Counted from the stretch's first letter, positions 17,992 through 26,903 are shown. The stretch is DNA of 50,508 nt from a virus (IMGVR_UViG_3300013117_000343:1-50508); one strand, 5' to 3'. The notes: a model not told the origin generated them from the letters alone. Program-made: numbers and translations.

Positions 17992-19081
17992 TCTTCCCCT
18001 CTTTCCTAACCTTCTCTATAACCTTTTCAAAGTCATTACCCATACCAATATCCTGCACAACATTATCCCCCACTATTTTAAAATGCTTTCTCCTATTAAA
18101 TGCATCTTTTCCTTGAAGCTCAGTCTCAACTCCCTTATTAAAGTCATTTAACTCAATAGCCTTCTTCTTACCATAGGCTGCCTTCCTAGCTCCCAACAGG
18201 ATTGCATTTTTAATCTGACCTCCAGTGAGGTCATGGGTAGATAAAATCTCAAAGCAGACACATTTAGCTAACGGTGCCTCTTTAGGGATTAGGTTTCTCC
18301 AGATTTTTGCTCGGGACGCCTTGTCTGGTTTAGTGAACTCAAGCTTAAGACATATCCTTCTTTCAAGTGCGGGGTCTAACTCATGGCTTCTATTAGTGGT
18401 GAGGATACAGGTCCCCTCAAACCGCTCAATCTCGGTGAGGAGGGTATTTATCTCAGCGGCTAGGATAGCTCCCACCTTATTCCTGCTGTATACTAGACTA
18501 TCGCACTCATCTAATATTACTACTGCATCTTTAGAATGGGCAGAGGAAAATGCCTTGGCTATATTCCTCTCTGCCTGTCCTGGGACTGAGCTCTGGATAT
18601 TTTTGGTGCTTAACATTAAATAATCTTTACCAAGAGCCTCCGCAATAGCTTCAGCACACATAGTCTTCCCAGTTCCTGGAGGTCCCCAGAAGAGGAGGAT
18701 AGCACCCTTCCCCTTCTCAATAGTAGAGGCAAACCCCCACTCCTGAAATATCTTCTCACTTATCTCAGCGTTAGATTGGGAGATTGTCTCTAAGATTAAC
18801 TGCTTAACCTTCTCAGGGAGGACTAATATATTCATCATACTATTAACCTTCTTCCTCTTCTTAATCTCCTGTCTCCCTATTACCCTGAACTCGGCTTGGG
18901 TGATATAACTTCGCCCAACATCTAATATGTAATGCTTACCTTGACAATAGCCAGTAATAGTATACTCCTTACCTATGGTGTAACTATGACTACAAGTATT
19001 ACTCATAACCACCACCTTAGTTCCAAGAGGCAGTAACTTAACTGGCAGCTCTGGTCTTCTCAGCCAATCCTCTGAAGTCAT
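17984..19081 (-). CDS. Classical AAA+ ATPase with short N-terminal beta domain
   Basis: GPPGTGKT, VILDECD, second region of homology TTNR..LDPALERR, LTGGQIKN. Confidence 0.92.
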   Translation of the reverse strand: MTSEDWLRRPELPVKLLPLGTKVVVMSNTCSHSYTIGKEYTITGYCQGKHYILDVGRSYITQAEFRVIGRQEIKKRKKVNSMMNILVLPEKVKQLILETISQSNAEISEKIFQEWGFASTIEKGKGAILLFWGPPGTGKTMCAEAIAEALGKDYLMLSTKNIQSSVPGQAERNIAKAFSSAHSKDAVVILDECDSLVYSRNKVGAILAAEINTLLTEIERFEGTCILTTNRSHELDPALERRICLKLEFTKPDKASRAKIWRNLIPKEAPLAKCVCFEILSTHDLTGGQIKNAILLGARKAAYGKKKAIELNDFNKGVETELQGKDAFNRRKHFKIVGDNVVQDIGMGNDFEKVIEKVRKEGKSE

Positions 19082-19126
19082 CTTTCCCTCCTTTCATTTT
19101 TTCCTCCTTTTTTTAAGTTAAAGCCA

Positions 19127-19147
19127 TAATTTCAATTTTTGAAAATA
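19127..19147. promoter_or_regulatory. 21-bp palindromic operator, copy 3 (degenerate)
   Basis: Minus strand TATTTTCAAAAATTGAAATTA; contains the upstream TGA stop and the final A begins an ATG. Confidence 0.65.
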
Positions 19148-19485
19148 TAACTGAAGAGTGAGTTCCACCTACCCCACTTCCTCACCATCTTGATATGCCC
19201 ATTTCTTGCTTCAGCTAACCCACTATAACTAACTTGGTCAACATATTCATGCCCTCTCCCAAACACCATAGTCTCAAAGATAAGTGGAGGTCCCGAAGGG
19301 GAGAAGTTATGGTTTAACTCTAACCCTAACCAGACAGTGGATACCCATCCTCCCCACCAAAGTTTAGTCTGCTCAATAATCTTATACTCACTATTATCCT
19401 CCAAGAGCTTAGCCCACTCCGTCATAGTAAGAGGTCTAAGATACTTATCATAATAACGAGGTCCTAAATTTAAAAAGTTATCCAT
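19132..19485 (-). CDS. Phage hypothetical protein (VSTVWLG...PLIFETMVF type)
   Basis: Motif I recall from other phage early regions; stop/start overlap at 19485. Confidence 0.7.
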   Translation of the reverse strand: MDNFLNLGPRYYDKYLRPLTMTEWAKLLEDNSEYKIIEQTKLWWGGWVSTVWLGLELNHNFSPSGPPLIFETMVFGRGHEYVDQVSYSGLAEARNGHIKMVRKWGRWNSLFSYIFKN

Positions 19486-19838
19486 TATACCTTCCTATAT
19501 AACTGCTTTCCTTTAAGAGTGAGGAAGACCATTTCCCTAATATCATCTACCAACTCTTTCATTTGTGTAGCACTGTTAACATTACACCCATCGTAATCAT
19601 AACAGATGCTGTGAATATTCCTAAGCTGGTCTCTATAATACTCTTTAGAGAAGGGCTTGTAAATATTACAAGGCTTCCCAAACATCTTCTCATCTTTCTT
19701 TTTAGTTAAATACCACTTTTTCTTATGCTGTAATATTCTGTTTGTGTTAGCATTATAGTAAAGCCTAACCTTATTTAAAACTTTCTTTTTGTTCCTCTTA
19801 TAATATTTTCTATCAATTTCTTTTCTGTTCTTAGCCAT
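19485..19838 (-). CDS. Basic hypothetical protein
   Basis: Lys/Arg/Tyr-rich helical N-terminus. Confidence 0.65.
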   Translation of the reverse strand: MAKNRKEIDRKYYKRNKKKVLNKVRLYYNANTNRILQHKKKWYLTKKKDEKMFGKPCNIYKPFSKEYYRDQLRNIHSICYDYDGCNVNSATQMKELVDDIREMVFLTLKGKQLYRKV

Positions 19839-19856
19839 TATATACTTTCATCTACT

Positions 19857-19959
19857 TGAGTGGGTGACTGGCTACCCTTCCCAGTTCTTATCGTGCTTTT
19901 TGTCAGATACGAAAGGAGTTTACCTTTAAACAACTGACTTGGCGTGCAGAACCCACTCA
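19857..19959. other. Inverted-repeat-bounded structured element (candidate ncRNA or cis-regulatory RNA)
   Basis: TGAGTGGGT/ACCCACTCA outer stem; inner stems GTCAG/CTGAC, AAAGG/CCTTT, ACTGG/CCAGT. Confidence 0.45.
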
Positions 19960-20098
19960 TTATTTACTTATGGTTATGGTAGCTTCCAAAAATTGCGGCA
20001 ATTATAATAATAGTCCAAGCTGGATGTAACCACACAAACTCAAATAATCTCTCTATCACCTTATTTGTCCAATGCCAATTCACTTAACAAACCTCCAA

Positions 20099-20491
20099 TT
20101 AATCCACCATTCCCAATCTTTTCATCAATGCCTCTCTCTTCTCTGGAGGCAAATTCTTAAACGCTTTAGTAATAGGGTCATCCTTAGCCCTCACTCCCCT
20201 AACCTTAGTCTTAACTTTAGGCAGATGTGTCCTCCCCTTCCTCAACTTCCCAATACTCTCCCTCAACTCATCCTCACTCATACTTGCAACAGTAGACTGA
20301 TAGCTTGGTGCACTCTCCTGTATAACCTTCCACTCCTTATCCTCTCCCAAGTCAATCAGAGTAGAACCCCCTTTATAAGTCTCAGGCTTCATATAAGTAA
20401 TTCCCATCTCACTCTCCACTACCCAGTTAACAAGAGCCTCAAACACTTCTCCCTCAACTGTCTTACTTATAATATCACCCTTCTTCATCAA
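20099..20491 (-). CDS. Hypothetical early protein
   Basis: Purine-rich coding strand, tightly packed operon. Confidence 0.7.
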   Translation of the reverse strand: MMKKGDIISKTVEGEVFEALVNWVVESEMGITYMKPETYKGGSTLIDLGEDKEWKVIQESAPSYQSTVASMSEDELRESIGKLRKGRTHLPKVKTKVRGVRAKDDPITKAFKNLPPEKREALMKRLGMVD

Positions 20492-20675
20492 ACCAACCCT
20501 TCACCAAATCATAAAACTTTTTATCAAAACTCAACACCATTGCTATCTCTTCTACACTCTCGGGCTCAACCTTATCCCCTATAAGTTTGACCAGCATCCC
20601 TCTATACCCACTATCACTCTCATAAACCTTCACCCTCTTATCCTTCAAAGTTACTCTATACATTACTTTCCGCAT
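20475..20675 (-). CDS. Hypothetical early protein
   Basis: GAGGTG RBS, tightly packed operon. Confidence 0.65.
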   Translation of the reverse strand: MRKVMYRVTLKDKRVKVYESDSGYRGMLVKLIGDKVEPESVEEIAMVLSFDKKFYDLVKGWFDEEG

Positions 20676-20973
20676 GCTTCACCTCCCTCTTAACCACCTC
20701 TCCACAATCTATACACTTAACCAGATGGTGAAGAACCCCTTCTAAAAACTCCATCTCAATTTGGAGCTGGGGATGTTTACAATTCCTCTCCTGTAGGTAG
20801 ACCACATCACAATTATCTCTCTCACTCACCCTAACCACTCTTACCCTATCTAACACCTGACTCTTAAATATATCTCTCGCATAGTTAATTGCGTTCATCT
20901 CTCTCCAAAGCTCTCCCACCACCTCATCGTGGTCTGAGTGTGCTTTTCTTCTTAATACTACGAATGCTGGCAT
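20656..20973 (-). CDS. Hypothetical protein with C-terminal zinc ribbon
   Basis: CKH...VKCIDCG; GGAGG precedes ATG 20973. Confidence 0.65.
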   Translation of the reverse strand: MPAFVVLRRKAHSDHDEVVGELWREMNAINYARDIFKSQVLDRVRVVRVSERDNCDVVYLQERNCKHPQLQIEMEFLEGVLHHLVKCIDCGEVVKREVKHAESNV

Positions 20974-20975
20974 GT

Positions 20976-21236
20976 TTACCTCCTTATCTTCTGTATTGCC
21001 CAAACTTGTCCTACTCTGTCTAACTTCTTTGTTCTAATCTTGAAATCCGCTTTAACGGCTCTGAAGTTTTGCAAAGCTACTGTTCCAAAAAGTCGGTTTG
21101 GCTCTTCTAAAGTTATCTTAATAGCTTCGCCTACCTTCAAACCTCTAATAACCTCCCATTGAGCGTAGTATTTCCATTTTGCTCTGCCTCCCCAAAGAAC
21201 ATCATCAGCTTTGATTTTCTCCATCTTAATGGTCAT
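20976..21236 (-). CDS. Small basic hypothetical protein, possibly DNA-binding; resembles 7341-7604
   Basis: KWKYY...LKVGEAIKI...RTKKLDRVGQVW. Confidence 0.6.
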   Translation of the reverse strand: MTIKMEKIKADDVLWGGRAKWKYYAQWEVIRGLKVGEAIKITLEEPNRLFGTVALQNFRAVKADFKIRTKKLDRVGQVWAIQKIRR

Positions 21237-21561
21237 CTCTTCTTCCTTTATGTTTAGTTCTACCCTTAGGTATCTTTACCTTCTTAAACACGGCATCTAA
21301 TAACTTAACATCAGGCACTTCCAATCCCATATACTCAATATAGTATGATAGCTTCTTAATAACCTTCTTATAATAAAATGCCTGATTTCTCCACTTTAGA
21401 GATGTCTTAGAATGCCGAACCATCTTCCTGTGTCGTAGACTTTGGAGCTCATTTAGTATCAAAGGTAGGTTTACCCCTATACATTCATTTAGATTGGGAT
21501 AACTACAATCATAACTATCCTCAATTATACACATATAATTATTGTTATATTTGCATCTCAT
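21226..21561 (-). CDS. Hypothetical Cys-containing protein
   Basis: ATGA overlap with the upstream ORF. Confidence 0.55.
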   Translation of the reverse strand: MRCKYNNNYMCIIEDSYDCSYPNLNECIGVNLPLILNELQSLRHRKMVRHSKTSLKWRNQAFYYKKVIKKLSYYIEYMGLEVPDVKLLDAVFKKVKIPKGRTKHKGRRDDH

Positions 21562-21740
21562 CTGAAATCCCTTAATTCGGCTGGTGTCATATCCTTTATC
21601 CAACCCATCACCTTTGGCATACACTCTCTACACCTTGCTTTGAATACCCCTTTCTTAACCTCAATATAGTAGTAATCATTTACTCTCACCTTATGCCCAC
21701 AATAAACTCTACCTCTACCCCCTTTAACCCTGATTACCAT
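21558..21740 (-). CDS. Small zinc-finger-like protein
   Basis: YCGH...CREC. Confidence 0.55.
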   Translation of the reverse strand: MVIRVKGGRGRVYCGHKVRVNDYYYIEVKKGVFKARCRECMPKVMGWIKDMTPAELRDFR

Positions 21741-22006
21741 TATCCTCTTCCTCTTCTCCTATTACCTCTTTCACCTTATGCACCTTAACCTGCACAAGTC
21801 CCTCTTCATCGGTCTCTACCCTCAATATTACCTCAAATAAACCTTTCATCTCCCTATCCTCCTTATATACCACTCATCCATTATGTCAGATAAAGTAACA
21901 TTATGAGTTTCCATTAAATCTACTATCTGTGTAACATTATCTATCTTTCTAGGTTCCCTTATAAACTTATCCTTAATATCTGTCTTAGCCATTATAACCT
22001 CCTTTG

Positions 22007-22027
22007 TAAGTTCAATAATTGAACTTA
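22007..22027. promoter_or_regulatory. 21-bp palindromic operator, copy 4 (most symmetric)
   Basis: TAAGTTCAA-TAA-TTGAACTTA with perfect arms; followed on the minus strand by AAAGGAGG RBS. Confidence 0.8.
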
Positions 22028-22031
22028 CTCC

Positions 22032-22283
22032 CTAATTATTATTCAACTTAGCAAGCGTAGTATCTACAAAATTTAAGTGTCCCTTACTTATCAACATACA
22101 TATCACCCCACTCGCATATGATAACACATTCAGTGGGTTATCCCCTTTATCACTCGCAAGGGCAATCAACGCCTCCATAACCCCTTTCTTCGCCATCAAC
22201 TTCATAACCTTATTAGCAAGCTTCTTTTGGTCTTTCGTGAGACCACTCCTATTTCCCTCATCCCCAAACTTCAAAGGCTCCAT
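22032..22283 (-). CDS. Hypothetical early protein
   Basis: GGAGGAG RBS. Confidence 0.65.
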   Translation of the reverse strand: MEPLKFGDEGNRSGLTKDQKKLANKVMKLMAKKGVMEALIALASDKGDNPLNVLSYASGVICMLISKGHLNFVDTTLAKLNNN

Positions 22284-22690
22284 CTCAACTCCTCCTGGTC
22301 TTCACCCAATGGTCTTATCTCCACCCTCTGAGCGCCATTTACTTCCATACTCATCCCCAAACTATCCAATGGTTCCACATAGCTCTCCGCAAACAACCAT
22401 CTCATTATATCATCAGGCACCTTCTACCCCCTCTCTACCAAATACATCAATCATTACCCTATTTGTCCACTTCAACTTCCCATTCGGTTTAATCTTATCA
22501 ACAGGTGGTTTATTTTGATATGCTAAATATTTATCCAACTTATCCATTTTATCTCACCCCTTCTCCTTTACTTATTTTTGTTACAATGTGTGTTTTGAAT
22601 ATTATGTTCGTAAGTTCAAACTTTTAAAAAGTAGTATTTTTAGTTTAGGTCTTGAAAAAGCAATTACCTATGGTTCAAGTATATATAAGA

Positions 22691-22719
22691 AGTATATCAC
22701 GAGGTAAGGGCTTTGTCAA
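22691..22719 (-). promoter_or_regulatory. Leftward sigma70-type early promoter
   Basis: TTGACA-17 bp-TATACT with extended TG and upstream A-tract. Confidence 0.88.
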
Positions 22720-22979
22720 GTTATTTTTTTTGTTGTAACCTATTGGGATTATTAGGGTTGTGAGAAGTCAAAAAAAATAAATTTTGAGGGTATTTCAAAA
22801 ATTGAGAGGGCGACCTCAAAGGGTGAAATTGCGTTTTTGGGGTTTGGTGAGCCAGTAGAGGCAAAGTAATAGCGAGGGTATAGGGGAGTATAGGGTTGGA
22901 AAAGATGAGGGCTTATATTGGAGATTTGAGTAGAGGCGGGGTTGAGGGTGTAAGTTCAATAAAGAGATTTTAAATTACC

Positions 22980-23320
22980 TTAAAACACGGAGTTCATTGG
23001 AGTTATGTAAATCCGTGTAACTCTGTGTAACTTTGAAATTACGCTAAGCTGTTGGGATTATTGGGGTTATAGAAAAAGAACCAAAGTTACACAGTTACAC
23101 AGGGGGTTGCTGGGTGCTTTTAAATGTTTTTAAGAAGTATGTTTATATATATATTTTATATATATTATAAATATATTTATAAAGTAAAATAGGATACCCG
23201 TGTAACTGTGTAACTTTCGCCAGATTTCTATAAGTCCTTCTAATTATTGGGGTTCGGAGAAAATGAGGGTTACACAGAGTTACACAAAACGCTGTAAGTC
23301 TAATAAACTCCGTGTTTTAA
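22980..23320. repeat. Nested in-register inverted repeat around an AT-rich core; probable replication origin
   Basis: Perfect arm pairs 22980-22994/23306-23320, 23015-23031/23269-23285, 23067-23075/23225-23233 and 23083-23100/23200-23217 are all centred on 23150; eight GTTACAC units. Confidence 0.85.
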
Positions 23321-23495
23321 AGAGATTTAAAAAGTCCTGTAATTTCAATAAATCACTTATGATGTCAATACAATACTAACCTGTTAATACAATGTTAGTT
23401 TATGGGAGTAATTTTCAAAAATGGTGGGATAAAACTAATATATCGGCGTGTTATCTATGTGATGTTTTATAAAAATGTTAGAGTTAATGTTAGAG

Positions 23496-23846
23496 TTAGA
23501 GTGTTATACCTAACTCTGCGAGTTTATCTGCTGATAAACCTTGCAAAACTTTTATTGCTTGTTGATTTTTGCGTCGTGTTGCTTTCAAACGTTCTTTGAC
23601 TTCTGGTGAAAGTTCACGAGATACGATGTGTCCATTGTCAGTTTTTAACTTTAACCTTGCTGTATTACATTGATTGATTTTATGCTTATCATTGATGAGT
23701 TTCAAAACTTCTTTCTCTGATAAGTTATCCGTTGCGTCGGCAACGCTATCAAATAATGTAATCTCACAAGTTCCCGTAATTTCTGTTCCTGCGTCGTCAA
23801 AGTCATCAGGGACATTGTATTTTATACCTACTTCAAGTTTACGCAT
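23496..23846 (-). CDS. Isolated hypothetical protein with its own promoter
   Basis: GGAGG precedes ATG 23846; 116 aa. Confidence 0.75.
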   Translation of the reverse strand: MRKLEVGIKYNVPDDFDDAGTEITGTCEITLFDSVADATDNLSEKEVLKLINDKHKINQCNTARLKLKTDNGHIVSRELSPEVKERLKATRRKNQQAIKVLQGLSADKLAELGITL

Positions 23847-23926
23847 AGACCTCCGAGCATAGCATAAACACGCCGACATATTTAGTTTTTAAAGAGCAAT
23901 ATGATTATACTAATGGTTGTATTATA

Positions 23927-23954
23927 AGTATAGCATATATAACTATAATGTCAA
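23927..23954 (-). promoter_or_regulatory. Leftward sigma70-type promoter
   Basis: TTGACA-16 bp-TATACT with extended TG. Confidence 0.7.
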
Positions 23955-24263
23955 GGGAAATCTACATAAATCGTATCAGGGCTAATGTTGTAAGTGATTG
24001 CCTCCATTAGAGTTAGAGAAACGCCCCGAGCCGTCGGCTCTGCGTGTATGTATAATATAGGTAATGCCCCTATATGTATGCTATGTAATCAAGGTATGTT
24101 ATGTTATTTAATATAACCTACCCACCACACCCCCCAGAGTGTTTAGTTTTATTAGTTTACCCCCAAATTTACGCTACCAAAATTTGAGGCTCAAAAGTTA
24201 TAAGTTCAATGATTTCAAAGGGTTAGAGCAAATAAAAAAATCCGTAATTTCAACACTTTTCCC

Positions 24264-24292
24264 TTGACAAAACCTACCTTGTGTGATATACT
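24264..24292 (+). promoter_or_regulatory. Rightward sigma70-type promoter for the morphogenesis arm
   Basis: TTGACA-17 bp-TATACT with extended TG. Confidence 0.88.
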
Positions 24293-24412
24293 ATACAATG
24301 GAAATATAGTATGTTTGGGGTATAGATTTTAAAAGTTGAACAAAGCCGATTTGGATTTTTTGAAATTACACGCCTCGTCTTGACGAAGACTGGGGTGATA
24401 GTTACTAAGCTT

Positions 24413-24466
24413 AGCGACACATTACATTGACTTAAATGTTGATGCCTTTGTGTCGCTTTTTTGTTT
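24413..24466 (+). terminator. Terminator/attenuator-like stem in the late leader
   Basis: AGCGACACA (24413-24421) pairs with TGTGTCGCT (24449-24457), followed by TTTTTGTTT. Confidence 0.6.
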
Positions 24467-24483
24467 AGTAGAGGGAGGTGGAA

Positions 24484-25017
24484 ATGGGACAGGTAAAACC
24501 ACATAATATGAAGGCTATATCTACTCTTGCAAATGAACCTGTTAATATGAGTTCTAGAATTCAACTGATGATTGCTATGGATATTGCGGGTTCGAGTGGT
24601 AAGGATATGGAGAGTGCGCTGGGTATGTCAGGGACTAGGATATCTGCTATTAGGAATAGTCCTCTTTTTATGTCAAGAAGGAAGAGGAAGTGGAGAGAGC
24701 TTCAGGATAGGGTAATTGATAATAAGGTTGATGGGATAGTTAGTGGAGACCCTGTAGAGAGTAAAATTAAGGCACTTGCTATTAAGGCTATAGAGGCTCA
24801 AGAGAAGATGTTGGATGGTGCTGGGAGTGAGTTTGTAAGGAACTCTATTTCTAACTCCATACTTGATAGGGCGGGGTATAAAGCTCATACTGAGAAGACT
24901 AAGATTACGGTGGAAGTTACGGATAAGATGGCTGATAGGTTTGAGCGAGTTATGAAAATGGCGCAAAGTGGTGATAGTAGCAGTAAGGTATCTATTACAA
25001 CAGAACGAGAAGAATAA
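24484..25017 (+). CDS. Putative terminase small subunit
   Basis: Directly upstream of TerL; HTH-like N-terminus (ISAIRNSPLF) and C-terminal SILDRAG. Confidence 0.7.
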   Translation: MGQVKPHNMKAISTLANEPVNMSSRIQLMIAMDIAGSSGKDMESALGMSGTRISAIRNSPLFMSRRKRKWRELQDRVIDNKVDGIVSGDPVESKIKALAIKAIEAQEKMLDGAGSEFVRNSISNSILDRAGYKAHTEKTKITVEVTDKMADRFERVMKMAQSGDSSSKVSITTEREE

Positions 25018-25065
25018 TGATAGATGACATAGATGCTATGCGTCTTGTTAATAGAGGTGAAAGTA

Positions 25066-26754
25066 ATGGACTTAGTAAGGATGTCAGAAAAACAGAGGTT
25101 AGTTTTAAGGAAACAATGTCTTCGTAGTCTTTACGCATTTTGTGTTGGTGTGATGGGCTACGACGATATTACGGAAGACCTCCATGGAGAGTATTGTAGG
25201 TTTTTAGAGGGGGATAGTAGAAGGAAACAAGCTACTATGCCCCGTTCTTTTGTTAAGACTTGGATTGGGTCGATAGCTTACCCGATTTGGGCGACCTTGA
25301 TTAGACGAGCGGCTGATGAGTTCCCAGAAGGGACTGACCCAACTGATAAGTTTTGGAAATTGGGACCTGATATGAGGATACTTGTTGCAAGTTATGTAAT
25401 TAGTAATGCTGAGAAGATGATTTCCCTTATTAGGAAGACTTATGAGAGTAATCCTGTGATGCAGATGCTGTTTCCAGAAGTAATACCGAGGAATTTTAAT
25501 AAGATTAGGTGGAGTAATCAGAGTGCTTGTATAAATAGAGCTAATAATTATACTGAAAGTACTTTTGAGGCAGCTGGAGTAGGTGGTGCCTCTATCTCTC
25601 GGCATTATGATTTGGTAGTAGAGGATGACCTTGTATATGCCAAGAAAGATGACCTCACTGGGAAGGAGTTACATCCAAGTCAGGAAGATATAGATAAGGC
25701 TATTGGGTGGCATAAGCTCACTCACTCACTATTGGTTCCTGGTAGACATACTAGGATTTATAATATTGGGACTAGATGGGCTAAGAGAGACCTTATTAAG
25801 TATATCTGGGATAATGAGCCAAGTTATGAGAGGTTTATGAGGGCTGCTGTTAAGCTTGAGCAACTAAACGCTGGTTTAAATTGGGAGGAGTGTGACCCAG
25901 AGTGGCCTGAGTGTTATGACAAGAAACAGTTAAGAGGGATAAGAGATGCCCAAGGCACCTACATATTCTCCACGCAATACCTCCTCTTTCCACGCTCGCC
26001 TGAAGAGATGTTATTCAAAAAGCCATGGCTTCAGCTTTACACTAGTCCAGGAGAGGTTCCTGAGACCATTAGGAAGTTTACCACTGTAGACCTTGCTGAA
26101 TGGGGAAGCTCTAAACGCAAGAGGGGGGACTGTAATGCAGTTGTCCTTACTTGTGGTTGGGACCACCTTAATCACGTATGGTTAGTCCACTATGATACTG
26201 GTAGGTTTGACCCGAGTGAGGTAATTAAACTAATGGGGAAGCATTGGAACTTATTTCACCCTGAGAGTATCAGTGTGGAGAGTGTATATTATCAGAAGTC
26301 ACTTGCCCACTTTGCCCGCATTTACATGGAAGATGGTAAGGTGCCTTGGATGCGTATTCATAATATTAAACCTGAGGGGAATGAGAGTAAGGAACTTAGG
26401 ATTAGAGCTATTGAGCCAATTGCTTCAAACCTTGCTGTTCATTGTAAAGATAGTCATAAAGAGTTTATAGATGAGTTTTGTGATTATGTCCCTAATGACC
26501 ATACTTGTAAGAAGGATATATTGGATGCCCTTGCTTATCAAATTCAGGTGGCTAGACCTGGTGTCGCTAAAAGGGATGTTAGTGTGAGGAATAGGAATGA
26601 TTTCCTCCCTTTAGGGAATATTGATGACTTTTTAAAGGAGGCCTGGGGAAAGGGGAGAGGGAAAGGTATCTTTGGAGACCAACTTCCTAAAACTGACCCC
26701 TTTACTGAGCAAGAGGTTGAGGTTATACTGGAAGACCCGTTGGTTGGTTTATAA
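25066..26754 (+). CDS. terL: Terminase large subunit
   Basis: Walker A MPRSFVKT, Walker B DLVVEDD, IGTRW, FSTQY, nuclease acidic residues TVDLA..GD..KDILDALAY. Confidence 0.93.
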   Translation: MDLVRMSEKQRLVLRKQCLRSLYAFCVGVMGYDDITEDLHGEYCRFLEGDSRRKQATMPRSFVKTWIGSIAYPIWATLIRRAADEFPEGTDPTDKFWKLGPDMRILVASYVISNAEKMISLIRKTYESNPVMQMLFPEVIPRNFNKIRWSNQSACINRANNYTESTFEAAGVGGASISRHYDLVVEDDLVYAKKDDLTGKELHPSQEDIDKAIGWHKLTHSLLVPGRHTRIYNIGTRWAKRDLIKYIWDNEPSYERFMRAAVKLEQLNAGLNWEECDPEWPECYDKKQLRGIRDAQGTYIFSTQYLLFPRSPEEMLFKKPWLQLYTSPGEVPETIRKFTTVDLAEWGSSKRKRGDCNAVVLTCGWDHLNHVWLVHYDTGRFDPSEVIKLMGKHWNLFHPESISVESVYYQKSLAHFARIYMEDGKVPWMRIHNIKPEGNESKELRIRAIEPIASNLAVHCKDSHKEFIDEFCDYVPNDHTCKKDILDALAYQIQVARPGVAKRDVSVRNRNDFLPLGNIDDFLKEAWGKGRGKGIFGDQLPKTDPFTEQEVEVILEDPLVGL

Positions 26755-26772
26755 GTTCAAAAATTGAAATTA
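26752..26772. promoter_or_regulatory. 21-bp palindromic operator, copy 5
   Basis: TAAGTTCAAAAATTGAAATTA; begins with the terL stop codon and the final A begins the next ATG. Confidence 0.75.
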
Positions 26773-26903
26773 TGCCCTTCACTTCACACGCTCAAGAGTC
26801 TTGGATGAGACATAATAAACCCAGCATGTGGAGAAAATGGATAAGGAAGTATGGGCACTATAGAGGTAAAAACAAGTATTCTAAAGCTTTAGCTGGAGGG
26901 TAA
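26772..26903 (+). CDS. 43-aa basic micro-protein (not in ORF track)
   Basis: MPFTSHAQESWMRHNKPSMWRKWIRKYGHYRGKNKYSKALAGG. Confidence 0.7.
   Translation: MPFTSHAQESWMRHNKPSMWRKWIRKYGHYRGKNKYSKALAGG

Noticed and set aside
19857-19959. c-di-GMP-I riboswitch call
   Set aside because: Only scattered landmarks match and the P2 stem with GNRA loop cannot form; kept only as an unclassified structure.
1124-22518. Plus-strand ORFs in the left arm and off-frame nested ORFs (e.g. 4715-5137, 18225-18623, 20072-20584, 1817-2263, 9701-10021)
   Set aside because: Shadow frames of well-supported minus-strand genes, with no recognisable motifs.
22980-23320. CRISPR array or MITE
   Set aside because: The repeats are short, inverted and nested rather than regularly spaced direct repeats; no transposase or target-site duplication is evident.
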